Numbered from the stretch's first letter, positions 49,390 through 59,378 are shown. The stretch: 64,000 nt of DNA from Polyangiales bacterium (GCA_046351535.1 JAXLYG010000005.1:229334-293333); one strand, 5' to 3'. Numbers and translations: made by a program. Notes: generated from the sequence alone by a model not told the origin.

Positions 49390-51335
49390 GGCGCGCCTCC
49401 CTCTCCAGCGTCGTTCGCGCTCGCCGCGTCGTCGGGCGTCGACGCCGTGGCGACCTCCGCCGCGGGCTCGTCGGGCTCGTAGTCGCTCCGTCGCGTGTTG
49501 AGCCGCGCGCTGTAGGCCCCCACGCGGTCGGGGTCGGGCACCTCGTCGGGGATCACCACGCGCACCACCGCGGCGGTCTCTGTGGGAGAGAAGCCCAGCG
49601 CGCGCGTCCAGCCCTTCGTCTCGTCGGTGATCCGCGCGAGCGCGAAGAGCTGGAGCGCGCCGCGCGCCCGCGTCGCGGGGCCCATCATCCGGTTGATGAA
49701 CACCCGGTCGAGGGTGCCCGTCGCGCGCGGGAACATCCCTTCGTAGGTGGCCTGCGCGAAGGGGGGATCGATGCGTCCGACGACGGTGGCGCCGGGCGCC
49801 GCGGCGCCGGGGCGCGACACCACCGCGCCGTCGCTGAGGAGCGCGATGTCGGTGAGCGTCCACGGCGAGTCGTTGATGACGCGCAGCGTGCGGCCGTCGC
49901 GCGCGATGCGGATCCCGCGGCCCGCGTCGACGACGCGCTCGGAGTACGCGAGGCCCGTCTCCCAGAGCCCGAGGCGCACGCGCTCGACGGAGAGCGTGCG
50001 GCCGTCCCAGCGCATCGCGGCCGAGGTGTTGTTCGTCCCCGTGGCGTAGAGCGCGAGGCCCTCGCTCGGCGGGGTCACCGAGAGGGTGCGCGCGACGCCG
50101 GCGTTGAGCCCCGCGAACACGCGCTCGACGGCCTCGTTCGAGCCCGCGCCGAGGTCGTACACGGCCAGCACCCGCGCCGTGCTCGCGCTCGTGCGCGTGA
50201 GACGCGCCGCCGCCACGATGATCGCCAGCACCGCGAAGGCCGCGAGCGGCAGGCGCACGAAGACCTTGAGCGGCGCGCGGCTCTTGCGGTTGCGCGCGAG
50301 CGCGACGCCCACCGCGACGATGTACAGCGTGAGGAGCAGCGTCACCGGGATGAGCAGCCCGCGCACGTCGGCCTTCGGTCGGAACGCGCGCGTGACGTCG
50401 TCGTCGCCCGAGCGCGCGAAGCGGCGGAAGAGCGAGAGCTCGCCGGGCGCGATCATCCCGCCGCCCGCGCCGTCGGCGAAGTCGGTGAAGTCTCGCAGCG
50501 CGGCGTCGGCGCGCGTGTCGTGGGCCCACCCCTCGGCCGAGAGGTCGTAGGGGATCACGCCCGCCACGCCGAGGCCCACGTGCACGACGGCGCCCCATCG
50601 ACGCGGCAGGAGCCGCGGGCCCGAGACGCGCCCGTCGCCGTCGTCGGTCACCGCGCCCAGGAGCCCGGTGAACCACGGGTCGCGCAGGTCCGCCGTCGTG
50701 CGGGGCGCCACGGCGAGAAAGCCGCCCGCGTTGACCCACTGCCGCAGCGTTCGCTTCGCCTCGGGGGGCAGCGCGAGGATGGCCCCGGAGCCCGCCACGA
50801 TCGCGTGCGCGCCGCTGAACGCGCTGGCAAACGGCGGCAGGAGCGCGTCGCCGCTCGTGGGGTCCGTGAGCATCGTCGCGGCGAGGATGCGGGCCTGCGA
50901 CGCCTCCGAAGGGTTGATCGATTGGATCGCGGCGGTGACCCGTCCGCCCAGGCCGAGCACGCCGATGAAGGTCGGCGCGACCGCGCTCGAGCCGCTGCCG
51001 GCGAACGAGATCGAGCTCCGCGCGCCGAGGTCTTCGAGGGCGACGTCGCCGTTGTCGTAGGGCCCCACGGGCGCGGGCACGACGAAGCTCCGCGTCGACC
51101 CCGCGGCGAGGCTCACGGGCTGCCGCACGCGCGCCTCGCCGTAGGGCCACGACGTGCGGATCGTCGTCGTGAGGTCTCCCCGCACGCTCGTGTGCGGCCG
51201 CGCGGTCACCACGACGCTCTGCACCGCGTCGGGGCGCGACGGGTACGCGAAGAGCCCCCTCGCCTCGAGCTCCTGCGCGCTGGCGGGCGCGCACCCCGCG
51301 AGCGCCGCGAGGGCCGTGAGAACCCGCGCCCTCAT
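49386..51335 (-). CDS. large lipobox-bearing hypothetical membrane protein downstream of MoxR
   Basis: Signal peptide with Cys (MRARVLTALAALAGCAPASAQ). Two central TM helices (LLIPVTLLLTLYIVAVGVALA; VRLPLAAFAVLAIIVAAA). The start overlaps the moxR stop and the stop overlaps the ABC ATPase start. Confidence 0.5.
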   Translation of the reverse strand: MRARVLTALAALAGCAPASAQELEARGLFAYPSRPDAVQSVVVTARPHTSVRGDLTTTIRTSWPYGEARVRQPVSLAAGSTRSFVVPAPVGPYDNGDVALEDLGARSSISFAGSGSSAVAPTFIGVLGLGGRVTAAIQSINPSEASQARILAATMLTDPTSGDALLPPFASAFSGAHAIVAGSGAILALPPEAKRTLRQWVNAGGFLAVAPRTTADLRDPWFTGLLGAVTDDGDGRVSGPRLLPRRWGAVVHVGLGVAGVIPYDLSAEGWAHDTRADAALRDFTDFADGAGGGMIAPGELSLFRRFARSGDDDVTRAFRPKADVRGLLIPVTLLLTLYIVAVGVALARNRKSRAPLKVFVRLPLAAFAVLAIIVAAARLTRTSASTARVLAVYDLGAGSNEAVERVFAGLNAGVARTLSVTPPSEGLALYATGTNNTSAAMRWDGRTLSVERVRLGLWETGLAYSERVVDAGRGIRIARDGRTLRVINDSPWTLTDIALLSDGAVVSRPGAAAPGATVVGRIDPPFAQATYEGMFPRATGTLDRVFINRMMGPATRARGALQLFALARITDETKGWTRALGFSPTETAAVVRVVIPDEVPDPDRVGAYSARLNTRRSDYEPDEPAAEVATASTPDDAASANDAGEGGAP

Positions 51336-52324
51336 CGCGCGACCTCGGGCACCGACGCGATCACCTCGTCGACGATGGCGTCGGCCGTGGCGCCGTCGGT
51401 CTCTCCCTCGAACGAGAGGATGAGCCTGTGCCGCAGCGCCGGGAGCGTCACCCGCCGCAGGTCTTCGAAGGACACCTGCGCGCGCCCCGCGAGGAGCGCC
51501 GCGGCCTTGCTCGCGAGCACGAGGCTCTGCCCGCCGCGCACGCCGGGACCGAAGCGCAGCTGCCGCTTCGCGCGCTCGTGACATTGACTGTCACTCGGGT
51601 CGAGGGCCCTGAGGGCGCGCGCGACCCAGTCGACCAGGGGCGACGCGATGACCACGTCGCGGCAGAGCGCTCTCGCGGAGATCAGCTCCGCGGCGCTCAT
51701 CACGGGGGCGGGCATCGCGCGCTCGGAGCCCGTGGTGCGCGTGAGGATCTCGACCATCGTGGCGGTGTCGGGCCGCGGAACGACGGTCTTGAGCAGAAAG
51801 CGATCGAGCTGCGCCTCGGGGAGCGGATAGGTCCCCTCCATCTCGATGGGGTTCTCGGTGGCGATGACGGTGAAGGGCTCGTCGAGCGCGTGGCGCGCGC
51901 CCGCGAGGGTCACCTGGTGCTCCTGCATCGCCTCGAGGAGCGCGCTCTGCGTTCGAGGCGTCGCGCGGTTGATCTCGTCGGCGAGGACGAGCTGCGCGAA
52001 CACCGGGCCGCGCACGAGTTCGAAGCGCCGTCGGCCGTGCTCGTCTTCGGAGACGACCTGCGTGCCCGTGACGTCGGCGGGCATGAGGTCGGGCGTGAAC
52101 TGGATTCGCGCGAAGCGCAGCGAGAGGGCCGCCGAGAGGGCCTTCACGAGCAGCGTCTTGCCGAGCCCGGGGACGCCTTCGAGCAGGCAGTGTCCGCCCG
52201 CGAGCATGCAGAGCAGCACCTCGTCGACGACGGCGCGCTGCCCGACGATCACCTCTCCGACGGCCGCGCGCACTCGCGCGATCGCGGCGCCCACCTCATC
52301 GATCGCGTCGCTCATCAGCGACAC
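51332..52324 (-). CDS. MoxR-like AAA+ ATPase
   Basis: Walker A GVPGLGKT, Walker B and sensor regions, and the characteristic MoxR N-terminal helix (VIVGQRAVVDEVLLCMLAGGHCLLEGVPGLGKTLL). Confidence 0.85.
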   Translation of the reverse strand: MSLMSDAIDEVGAAIARVRAAVGEVIVGQRAVVDEVLLCMLAGGHCLLEGVPGLGKTLLVKALSAALSLRFARIQFTPDLMPADVTGTQVVSEDEHGRRRFELVRGPVFAQLVLADEINRATPRTQSALLEAMQEHQVTLAGARHALDEPFTVIATENPIEMEGTYPLPEAQLDRFLLKTVVPRPDTATMVEILTRTTGSERAMPAPVMSAAELISARALCRDVVIASPLVDWVARALRALDPSDSQCHERAKRQLRFGPGVRGGQSLVLASKAAALLAGRAQVSFEDLRRVTLPALRHRLILSFEGETDGATADAIVDEVIASVPEVAR

Positions 52325-52388
52325 AGGGAATCGCGCGTTTGCGCGCCGAGGTCAACGGCCGTCGGCGCGAGCGGTCGAAGGCGACGGG

Positions 52389-53339
52389 TCAGTGGCCCGC
52401 GTGCGGATCGGGCGCGGCGCCCGCGGCGGCGGGCGCGGGGGGAGAGGGCGTGCGGCTCACGGTGATGCGCTGCTCGGCGGGGTTGAGGTGCCCGGGGGCG
52501 CGCTCGCCGTTGGCGCCGAGGAGGTCGAGCGCGATGGTGTGCTCTCCGTCCGGGAGGTTCTCGATGTAGTAGGGGACCCACGACGGGAGCTCGGGCATGG
52601 CCGTCCCGTCGATGGTGGGGCGCACGCGGAAGCCCGTCGCGCTGATCTGCGCCGCGGGCACGTTGGCGAGGTAGAAATCGAGCAGGATGCGGTTGGCGCC
52701 CGCGCCCTCGATGCGGCCCTTGGGGCGCGAGTAGGTGAGCATCGGGGCCCGGGGGTTGAAGTGCAGGTCCCGCGAGGCCGCGCCGACGTGAAAGACCACC
52801 ATGGCGTAGGCGCCGTCGGTCTTCACGGTCTCGTGCGTCTCCCACCCGGGGAAGGCGCGGAGCACATGGGTGCCCTGCGCGAGGTGCTCGAGCGCGACGG
52901 GCCGCGACGGGTCATCGATGCGCTGGTAGGGCTGATCGTCGAGCACGAGGTGGATGTGGCGCATGTCCTGGGCGTTGGCGGTGTCGCGCCAGCCCGTGAC
53001 GTTGAGCCTCACCTCGACGCGATCCTCGCGGATCGTGGCGTTGTTGGCGGGCGCCGTGATGCGCACGCGCGGCGAGGGCGAGGGCACCTCTCGGCGCTCT
53101 CCGGCCACGATGGCGACGGGCGGCAGCGGCGCCGGAGCGACGGCCGTCGCGGCGTCTGCGGGCGCGGCGCTCGACGCGTCGGGGTCGTTCGAAAGCATCG
53201 AGACGCCCGCGTCGACCGCGCCGCCGGAGCTCGCGGCGGTGTTCGGCGTCGCGGTGTTGTTCGATGTCGAGGCGCTGCACCCGACCCACGCGGCGAGGGC
53301 CGCGGCGGGCACGAGGATCCATGCCGAGCGAGTGGACAT
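52389..53339 (-). CDS. hypothetical lipoprotein (first gene of the MoxR/ABC string)
   Basis: Lipoprotein signal (LAAWVGCSAST), a Ser/Ala/Pro-rich linker and then a beta-rich domain. No family recognised. Confidence 0.5.
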   Translation of the reverse strand: MSTRSAWILVPAAALAAWVGCSASTSNNTATPNTAASSGGAVDAGVSMLSNDPDASSAAPADAATAVAPAPLPPVAIVAGERREVPSPSPRVRITAPANNATIREDRVEVRLNVTGWRDTANAQDMRHIHLVLDDQPYQRIDDPSRPVALEHLAQGTHVLRAFPGWETHETVKTDGAYAMVVFHVGAASRDLHFNPRAPMLTYSRPKGRIEGAGANRILLDFYLANVPAAQISATGFRVRPTIDGTAMPELPSWVPYYIENLPDGEHTIALDLLGANGERAPGHLNPAEQRITVSRTPSPPAPAAAGAAPDPHAGH

Positions 53340-53475
53340 TTGAGGTTCTCCAGCGATGTGGTTGGGGAGTCTTGAGTGGTGCGCGTCGGGCGCGTGTGGC
53401 GCAGTCGCATAACGCTGTCGCCCGCGAGGCGCAATCGGTGAATCAGCGCGGGGCGCGGGTGTGTCGCAGGGCGCC

Positions 53476-54954
53476 TCAGCCCTCGCCCTCGGGGGGCGGG
53501 TCTTCGATCCCGCCGATGTGCGCGTCGGCGTAGCCGTGGTCGTCGTGGGCGAGGTTCTCGAACTTGGTGAGCTCGCGGATGAAGCGCAGGCGGATGGTGT
53601 CCGTGGGGCCGTTTCGCTGCTTGGCGATGATGATCTCCGCGATGCCCTTGTCCTCGGTGTCGCGGTTGTAGACCTCGTCGCGGTAGATGAACATGACGAC
53701 GTCGGCGTCCTGCTCGATGGCGCCCGACTCGCGGAGGTCGGCGAGCATGGGGCGCTTGTCCTTGCCGGGCCGGGTCTCGCAGCCGCGGTTGAGCTGCGAG
53801 AGCGCGATGATCGGGACGTCGAGCTCCTTGGCGAGGCCCTTGAGCCCGCGCGAGATCTCGGAGATCTCTCGCTCGCGCGAGTCCATGCGCTCGCGGCTGG
53901 CCTTCATGAGCTGGAGGTAGTCGATGATGATGAGCGACATGTCGCGCTCGCTCTTGATGCGCCGCGCCTTGGCGCGCAGCTCGAGGAGCGTCAGGTCGCC
54001 CGAGTCGTCGATGTAGATGGGCAGCGAGTGGAGCTTGTTGGCCGAGGCCGTGAGCGCGGTGACGTCGTCCTGCGTGAGGAGGTTCGAGCGCAGTCGCGAC
54101 TGGTCGATGCGCGCGTCGGCGCACATGAGGCGGTTGGCGAGCTCGATGCGCGGCATCTCGAGCGAGAAGAGCAGCACGGGCTTCTTCGACGTCTCCGCCG
54201 CGGCGCTCGTGATGTTCAAGACGAAGCTCGTCTTCCCCATGGCGGGGCGGGCCGCGATGATGATGAGCTGGCCGCCGTGCATGCCCGAGGTGAGCGTGTC
54301 GAGGTCGCGGAAGCCCGTCTCCGTGCCCGAGATGCGCGCCCCTCGCACGAGGGTGTTCTCGATGCGTTCGAAGGCCTCGAGGATCACCTGCTCCAGCGGG
54401 ACGAGCGTGCTCTTCGAACGCTTCTGCGCGACCTCGAAGACCTTCGCCGCCGCGGAGTCGAGGAACTCGTCGGCCGTGCCGTGATCGCCGTAGCCGCGCG
54501 CGACGATCTCGTGCGCGACCTCGATCATCTTCCGCACGCCAGCCTGGTCGGCCACGATGCGCGCGTGCGACTCGATGTGGGCGATCGTCGGGATCGTGTC
54601 GGTCAGCTCGCCGAGGTACTGCGCGCCGCCGACCGTGTTGAGGCGCTCGCGGGCCCGGAGCTCCGCGGCGAGCGTGACGATGTCGACGGGCTCCCTGCGC
54701 GCCGAGATCGCTTGAATGGCCTCGTAGATGACGCCGTGCGCGGGGTGATAGAAGTCCGCCGCGGTGACCGTCGACTCGACGGTGGCCATCGCGGAGTTGT
54801 CGAGCAGGATGCCGCCGAGCACCGCGCGCTCGGCGTCGAGGTCGTGGGGGGGCACGCGCCCGTGCGCGGAGGCCGCGGCGGAGAGCTGTGCTGCCGCGTG
54901 GACGAGGGCGTCCTTGGCGTTCTTGTCGCGGCGGTCTCGGTCAGCGTAGGCCAT
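53476..54954 (-). CDS. dnaB: replicative DNA helicase DnaB
   Basis: Walker A ARPAMGKTSF, LIIIDYLQLM, and the RecA-like and N-terminal DnaB domains. Start at MAYADRD; the ORF track over-extends to 55521. Confidence 0.9.
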   Translation of the reverse strand: MAYADRDRRDKNAKDALVHAAAQLSAAASAHGRVPPHDLDAERAVLGGILLDNSAMATVESTVTAADFYHPAHGVIYEAIQAISARREPVDIVTLAAELRARERLNTVGGAQYLGELTDTIPTIAHIESHARIVADQAGVRKMIEVAHEIVARGYGDHGTADEFLDSAAAKVFEVAQKRSKSTLVPLEQVILEAFERIENTLVRGARISGTETGFRDLDTLTSGMHGGQLIIIAARPAMGKTSFVLNITSAAAETSKKPVLLFSLEMPRIELANRLMCADARIDQSRLRSNLLTQDDVTALTASANKLHSLPIYIDDSGDLTLLELRAKARRIKSERDMSLIIIDYLQLMKASRERMDSREREISEISRGLKGLAKELDVPIIALSQLNRGCETRPGKDKRPMLADLRESGAIEQDADVVMFIYRDEVYNRDTEDKGIAEIIIAKQRNGPTDTIRLRFIRELTKFENLAHDDHGYADAHIGGIEDPPPEGEG

Positions 54955-55103
54955 GGGTGGGTACTGAACGCATGGCACGCATCGGGTCGGCTTGTAAACT
55001 TTCTGACGAACTCGGGGCGGGCGGAGGGGCGGTGCGCGGCGGAGCGCTGAGGGGCGGAGGGGCGCTGGGAGCGCCTCGTCGGTGCGCGCGTCTGGCGGGG
55101 CGA

Positions 55104-56069
55104 TCAGGCGGTGTGGGCGCCGTTCACGGGGGCGCTCACGGCTTCGACCGCGCTCGCGCTCTTGACGGCCTCGTGGAGCATGCGCTCGATGGGGCTGCGC
55201 GCGCGGGCGACGTCGCCCTCGATCGCGAGGCCACCACACGCGGCGACCTTCTCGGCCACCGAGGGAGAGCCGGGGCCGCCGACGAACCAGGGGATCCCGC
55301 CGCACGCCTTCGCGTACGCCTCGACGAGGGGCGCGGACGCGACCGGGTCGAGGGTGCGCGAGAGCGAGAGCCCGACGCCCGTGGGGCGCAGCCGTCGCAC
55401 CGCGTCGGCCACCGCGTCGGGCGGCGTGCGCACGCCGAGGGTGATCGTGGCGATGCCCCACGACGCGAGGCGAAGGGCCACGCCGTAGATGGGCAGGAGG
55501 TGGTCCTCTTCGGCGAAGCACCCGAGGAGCACCGTGCGGGTGGCGTCGTCGGGATTGGTGAGCCTGACCATGGCCCGCACCGAGTCGCCGATGCAGCTCG
55601 ACGCGAGGTGCTCCTGCGCGACGGAGAGCTCTCCGTCGTGCCAGAGCTCGCCCACGCGGCGCAGCGCGGGCGAGAAGACCCGCTCGAACACCGCCGTCGA
55701 CGACCCGAGGTACTGCGCCCGGGCGACCTCGCGCTCGATGGACCTCGCGTCGAAGGCCATGATCGCGTCGATCAGCCGTTGAGAGGCCACGACGAAGGGG
55801 TCTCCGTCGGCCACCGAGAGCGTCGCCGCGCCGTCTTCGCTGGTCTTCACCACGCGGGCGGCCTCGGCGATCGACATGCCGTTCGAGCAGAGGTCGCGCA
55901 GCTTGCGGACCATCGCCACGTCGCGGTCGCTGTAGAGCCGATAGGCCGACGCGGTGCGCGCGGGCGTCGGAATGCCGTAGCGCCGCTCCCAGGCCCTCAG
56001 CGTCGGAGAGGGGACCCCCGTCATCTCTGAGACCACCTGGATCCTGAATCTGCCGCTCACATCACTCAT
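55104..56069 (-). CDS. MerR family transcriptional regulator with C-terminal cobalamin (B12)-binding domain (CarH/LitR-like light-responsive regulator)
   Basis: MerR HTH (FRIQVVSEMTGVPSPTLRAWERRYGIP…). The C-terminal Rossmann-like B12-binding module includes an E/D-x-H motif (FAEEDHLLPIYG). Confidence 0.65.
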   Translation of the reverse strand: MSDVSGRFRIQVVSEMTGVPSPTLRAWERRYGIPTPARTASAYRLYSDRDVAMVRKLRDLCSNGMSIAEAARVVKTSEDGAATLSVADGDPFVVASQRLIDAIMAFDARSIEREVARAQYLGSSTAVFERVFSPALRRVGELWHDGELSVAQEHLASSCIGDSVRAMVRLTNPDDATRTVLLGCFAEEDHLLPIYGVALRLASWGIATITLGVRTPPDAVADAVRRLRPTGVGLSLSRTLDPVASAPLVEAYAKACGGIPWFVGGPGSPSVAEKVAACGGLAIEGDVARARSPIERMLHEAVKSASAVEAVSAPVNGAHTA

Positions 56070-56196
56070 AGTAGGAGTACTCCCAACTGAGATGAACCGA
56101 GCGCCGGGTCCGTTGCACGACGGATGGAACGAAAGTTCGACCGCCGCGCCGGAGCGTCATCCCCTCCGCACGGCGTGATATGGGCTCCCCTCGCCC

Positions 56197-57189
56197 GTGA
56201 GCCGCCTGACCGACCCCGTTCACCTCGCCGCCAAGGCCGCCGTGGCCGCCTCCCTCGCGGTGGCCGTCGCCCACGCGACGCGCGTCCCCGACGCGCTCTC
56301 GTCGGGCTTCGCCGCGCTCGTGTGCGTCACGCCGACGGCCTACGGCGGGCTCCGTCGCGGGCTCGAGCAGCTCGGCGGCGCCACGATCGCGGGCGCCTCG
56401 ACGGGCCTCGTGCTCGGGCTCTGGCCCGGCGCGCGGAGCGGCTACGCCTCGGCCTCCGCGGTGCTCCTCTCCGTGGGGCTCACGGCGTGGGCCTGCGATC
56501 GGCTCCGCTGGACGAGCGGCTTCACCGTCGCGGGCTTCACCTCGCTCTACCTCGTGCTCCTGCCCTTCGCGAGCTTCTCCGAGGCCCTGCGCGTGCGCGT
56601 CGCCGCGGTGCTGGTCGGCGCCTTCGCGGCCACGGTGGTCAACCTCGCGGTCTCGGCCGTCTCGTCGCGCTCGATCCGTGATCGCAGGGTGAGGCTCGCG
56701 CGAGCGACCGTGGCGTCATGCCTCGACCTCACGGCCACCGCGTGCCTCTCGACCGCGCGCCGCGCCGCGGCCTCCGACGGGTGGAGGCCCGCGTTCGAGG
56801 CCGTCGAGGAGCTCCGCGCGGACCTCGCCGCGCAGTCTCGCGAGGTGCTCCTCCCGCAGCGCCGCGCGGTGCGTGGTGCGGCGATGCGCGGGCTCGAGGT
56901 GGCCGACGCGCTCGCCGACGTGGCCCACCTCGGGCGCCACGTGGCGCTCCTGCTCGAAGAGTCCGAGCGGCTCGAAGCGACGCTCGCCGAGGCCCTCGCG
57001 CTCGCGGTGACCGCGCTCACCACGAGCGGGCCGGTGGGCGCCGCGAGCGCGGCCCTCGAAGCCGCGGCGGAGGGCGTCACGGACCCCGCGCTCGCCTCGG
57101 CCGCGAGGCGCATGGCGTCGGCGCTGCGAGCCTCGGAGGGCCTAGCGACAGCGGACGGGCGTGGTGCGGTACACGACCGGCGCGCCTGA
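56197..57189 (+). CDS. hypothetical membrane protein (FUSC/aromatic acid exporter-like N-terminal TM bundle plus cytoplasmic helical domain)
   Basis: Four to five N-terminal TM helices followed by an Ala/Leu/Arg-rich helical domain. Family assignment is from the pattern only. Confidence 0.4.
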   Translation: MSRLTDPVHLAAKAAVAASLAVAVAHATRVPDALSSGFAALVCVTPTAYGGLRRGLEQLGGATIAGASTGLVLGLWPGARSGYASASAVLLSVGLTAWACDRLRWTSGFTVAGFTSLYLVLLPFASFSEALRVRVAAVLVGAFAATVVNLAVSAVSSRSIRDRRVRLARATVASCLDLTATACLSTARRAAASDGWRPAFEAVEELRADLAAQSREVLLPQRRAVRGAAMRGLEVADALADVAHLGRHVALLLEESERLEATLAEALALAVTALTTSGPVGAASAALEAAAEGVTDPALASAARRMASALRASEGLATADGRGAVHDRRA

Positions 57190-58227
57190 GGGGAGCGTGA
57201 GCGTCACGCGGTAGGTGGTGTTCTCCGCGGGCGTCCACCCCGACGGGCGCCACGCGACGGCGCTGCTGTTGCCGTAGTTCCCCGTGGACGAGACGGGCGA
57301 TGTCGCGAGCACCGCGTCGGTGGCGTCGTTGCGCACCTCGACGCGGGCGCCGGAGACGTCGCGCGTGCCCGTCTGCGCGTGCCACACGCCGCCGGCGAAG
57401 GCCTCCATCGGCGAGGGCCCGGGGTTGGGCCACGCCACCACCGTCGGGACGATCGTCGCCCTCGACGCGCGAAAGGTCTGGAGGCACGACGCGCGGTTGG
57501 TCGCGCCGAACCACGTGGGCCCGAGGTTGGGCGCGAACACCCAGCGGCGGTGACCGAGCTCCTGCCCCGTCTCGTTGGCGTAGAGGTCGACGGACTCCGC
57601 GGGCGTGCTCGTGCCGAGCGCGAGGTTCGACGAGCCCGCCGCCGCCGCGCCCGCGGCCGAGTAGCAGCGCCACGACGACGGAGGCATGTGACTGAGCGAT
57701 CCGTTGACGGTCATCATCACGGCGCAGGCCTGCTGCTGCGCGGCGAGCGAAGGGTCGGCGCCCGCGGCCGACTCGCCCGCCATCCAGCGGTAGGCGTTGA
57801 GCACGCGCATCGCGTCGTCGTGGGCGGTCATCGAGAGCGTGCCCGGATCGCACTGGGTGGGGCCCGCGGTCCAGACGGTCCGCGCGCGGAGGGCGCGGTC
57901 TGCGAGCCAGCGCGCGCAGACCTCGTCGCGCGTGCGTGACTGGGGGTCTCCCGGCGGCGGCGGCGAGGTGTCGACGAGGGGCGCGACGTCGGGCAGCGCG
58001 GTGTCCCTCGGCGGCGCGATGTCCCTCGGCGGCGCGGTGTCTGCGCGGGCCACGTCGATCACGGCGGGCGCGTCGGCGGGGGCGACGTCGATCGCGGCGG
58101 GCGCGTCGATCGCGGCGGAGGTATCGCGCGGCTCCGCGTCGAGGGAGGCGTCGTCGGCCTGGTCGCCGAGCGCCCCGGTGCCCTGACATCCGGCGACGAG
58201 GAGCGAGGCCAGGAGGAGGGCGCGCAT
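57142..58227 (-). CDS. secreted lipoprotein with Asp/Pro-rich repeat linker and a CAP (SCP/PR-1-like) domain
   Basis: Lipoprotein signal (MRALLLASLLVAGCQG). CAP-like motif order N-x-x-R (LNAYR), SH, then GHRRWVF reminiscent of GHYTQVVW. Moderate support. Confidence 0.45.
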   Translation of the reverse strand: MRALLLASLLVAGCQGTGALGDQADDASLDAEPRDTSAAIDAPAAIDVAPADAPAVIDVARADTAPPRDIAPPRDTALPDVAPLVDTSPPPPGDPQSRTRDEVCARWLADRALRARTVWTAGPTQCDPGTLSMTAHDDAMRVLNAYRWMAGESAAGADPSLAAQQQACAVMMTVNGSLSHMPPSSWRCYSAAGAAAAGSSNLALGTSTPAESVDLYANETGQELGHRRWVFAPNLGPTWFGATNRASCLQTFRASRATIVPTVVAWPNPGPSPMEAFAGGVWHAQTGTRDVSGARVEVRNDATDAVLATSPVSSTGNYGNSSAVAWRPSGWTPAENTTYRVTLTLPSGAPVVYRTTPVRCR

Positions 58228-58308
58228 CGCATCGACGATGTCTCTCTCGCGGCGCTCGCCGTCAAGAAGCGCTCGCGCGCGGGGCGTCGACAGGCGAACC
58301 TCGCGCGC

Positions 58309-59058
58309 ATGGCGCTCGTGCTGCATCGGTTTCCGCTGAGTCACTTCTCCGAGAAGGCCCGCGCCGCGATGGACTTCAAGGGCCTCGACTACGAGCTCGT
58401 CGACCACGCGGCGGGCCCCGATCAGCTCGCGCTCTATCGCCTCTCGGGCCAGCGCAAGGCGCCCGTGCTCGTGCACGACCGCGAGGTGATCACCGACGCG
58501 ACTGCGATCGCGCTGCACCTCGACCGCGCGTTCCCCGGCGGCGAGGGGCGGAGGGCGCTGCTGCCCGGCGACATCGCGAAGCGCCGCGCGGCGCTCGACC
58601 TGACGGCCCGCATCGACGAGGTCTGCGGCGTCCACACGCAGACGCGCGCCCTCGACGCGGCGTCGCGCGACGCGGCGCTCTTCAGGGAGCTCGCGCGGGT
58701 GATCCTCGGCGTCGAGGGCGCCGCGCTCACGGCCGCGCGCGGGATCTCGCTGGCCTCTCGCGTCGCGCTCGCGCTCCCCGCGGGGCGACGCACGCTCGAC
58801 GAGGCCCGACGCGCCGTCGACGCCCTCCTGATCGAGCTCGGGGAGCGCCTCGAACAGAGCGCGTTTCTGCTCGGTGACGCGCCGACCCTCGCCGACGTGA
58901 CCGCCGCCTCGCTGGCCTTCTACCTGAAGTTCCCCGAGACCCGTCACCTGGCGCGGCCGTCGCTCGCGGGGCGCGGCGTCGAGCGCGTCTACGCGGACCC
59001 CCGGCACCGCCGCTTCTTCGCGTGGCGCGAGGCCTTCTATCGGGAGCTTCTCCGTTGA
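58309..59058 (+). CDS. glutathione S-transferase family protein
   Basis: Thioredoxin-like N-terminal domain (VLHRFPLSHFSEKARAAMDFKGLDYELV… KAPVLV) and a helical C-terminal domain. Confidence 0.7.
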   Translation: MALVLHRFPLSHFSEKARAAMDFKGLDYELVDHAAGPDQLALYRLSGQRKAPVLVHDREVITDATAIALHLDRAFPGGEGRRALLPGDIAKRRAALDLTARIDEVCGVHTQTRALDAASRDAALFRELARVILGVEGAALTAARGISLASRVALALPAGRRTLDEARRAVDALLIELGERLEQSAFLLGDAPTLADVTAASLAFYLKFPETRHLARPSLAGRGVERVYADPRHRRFFAWREAFYRELLR

Positions 59059-59214
59059 GCGATGTCACGCTCCACGAACCCTCCTCGAAGACGCCGCGCA
59101 TCGCATCCCTCTGCGCACTCAATGGACAATCCCCGCAGCGACGCCGTCCTGCGTTGAACACCTACACCGCGGTACCGCCCGCGACATCGATTGATGGGAG
59201 TCCGTGTCATTCCG

Positions 59215-59290
59215 TTCATCTTAATTTGATGTCATTTGAGAGATGAGCATTGAAGCCTGGAGATGATTGTCGCTAGATCGTCATCGTCGT
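59215..59290 (+). other. AT-rich island (about 40% GC in a roughly 70% GC background) about 90 bp upstream of the pilin gene; likely promoter or regulatory region
   Basis: TCTTAATTTGATGTCATTTGAGAGATGAGCATTGAAGCCTGGAGATGATTGTCGCTAGATCG. It contains a weak sigma-54-like GG-N11-GC element (TGGAGATGATTGTCGC). Confidence 0.35.
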
Positions 59291-59378
59291 ATCGACGTCG
59301 TCTCGCGCCGCGTCCACGACGAGCATCTGCCAGCGGCGGATGCGAAGCCCCCACATCGCCGTCTCTCTGGAGGACCTC

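Noticed and set aside
48391-51294. 967-aa single ORF
   Set aside because: It is two genes in the same frame with no intervening stop: an upstream membrane protein (49386..51335, different frame per the track entry 49386..51584) and an ABC ATPase starting at GTG 49389. The Arg-rich N-terminal 630 aa of this frame are not a real protein.
56074-56083. Perfect palindrome GGAGTACTCC just upstream of the CarH-like gene start
   Set aside because: It sits 5-14 nt from the ATG and contains the GGAG Shine-Dalgarno. Most simply explained as the RBS rather than an operator.
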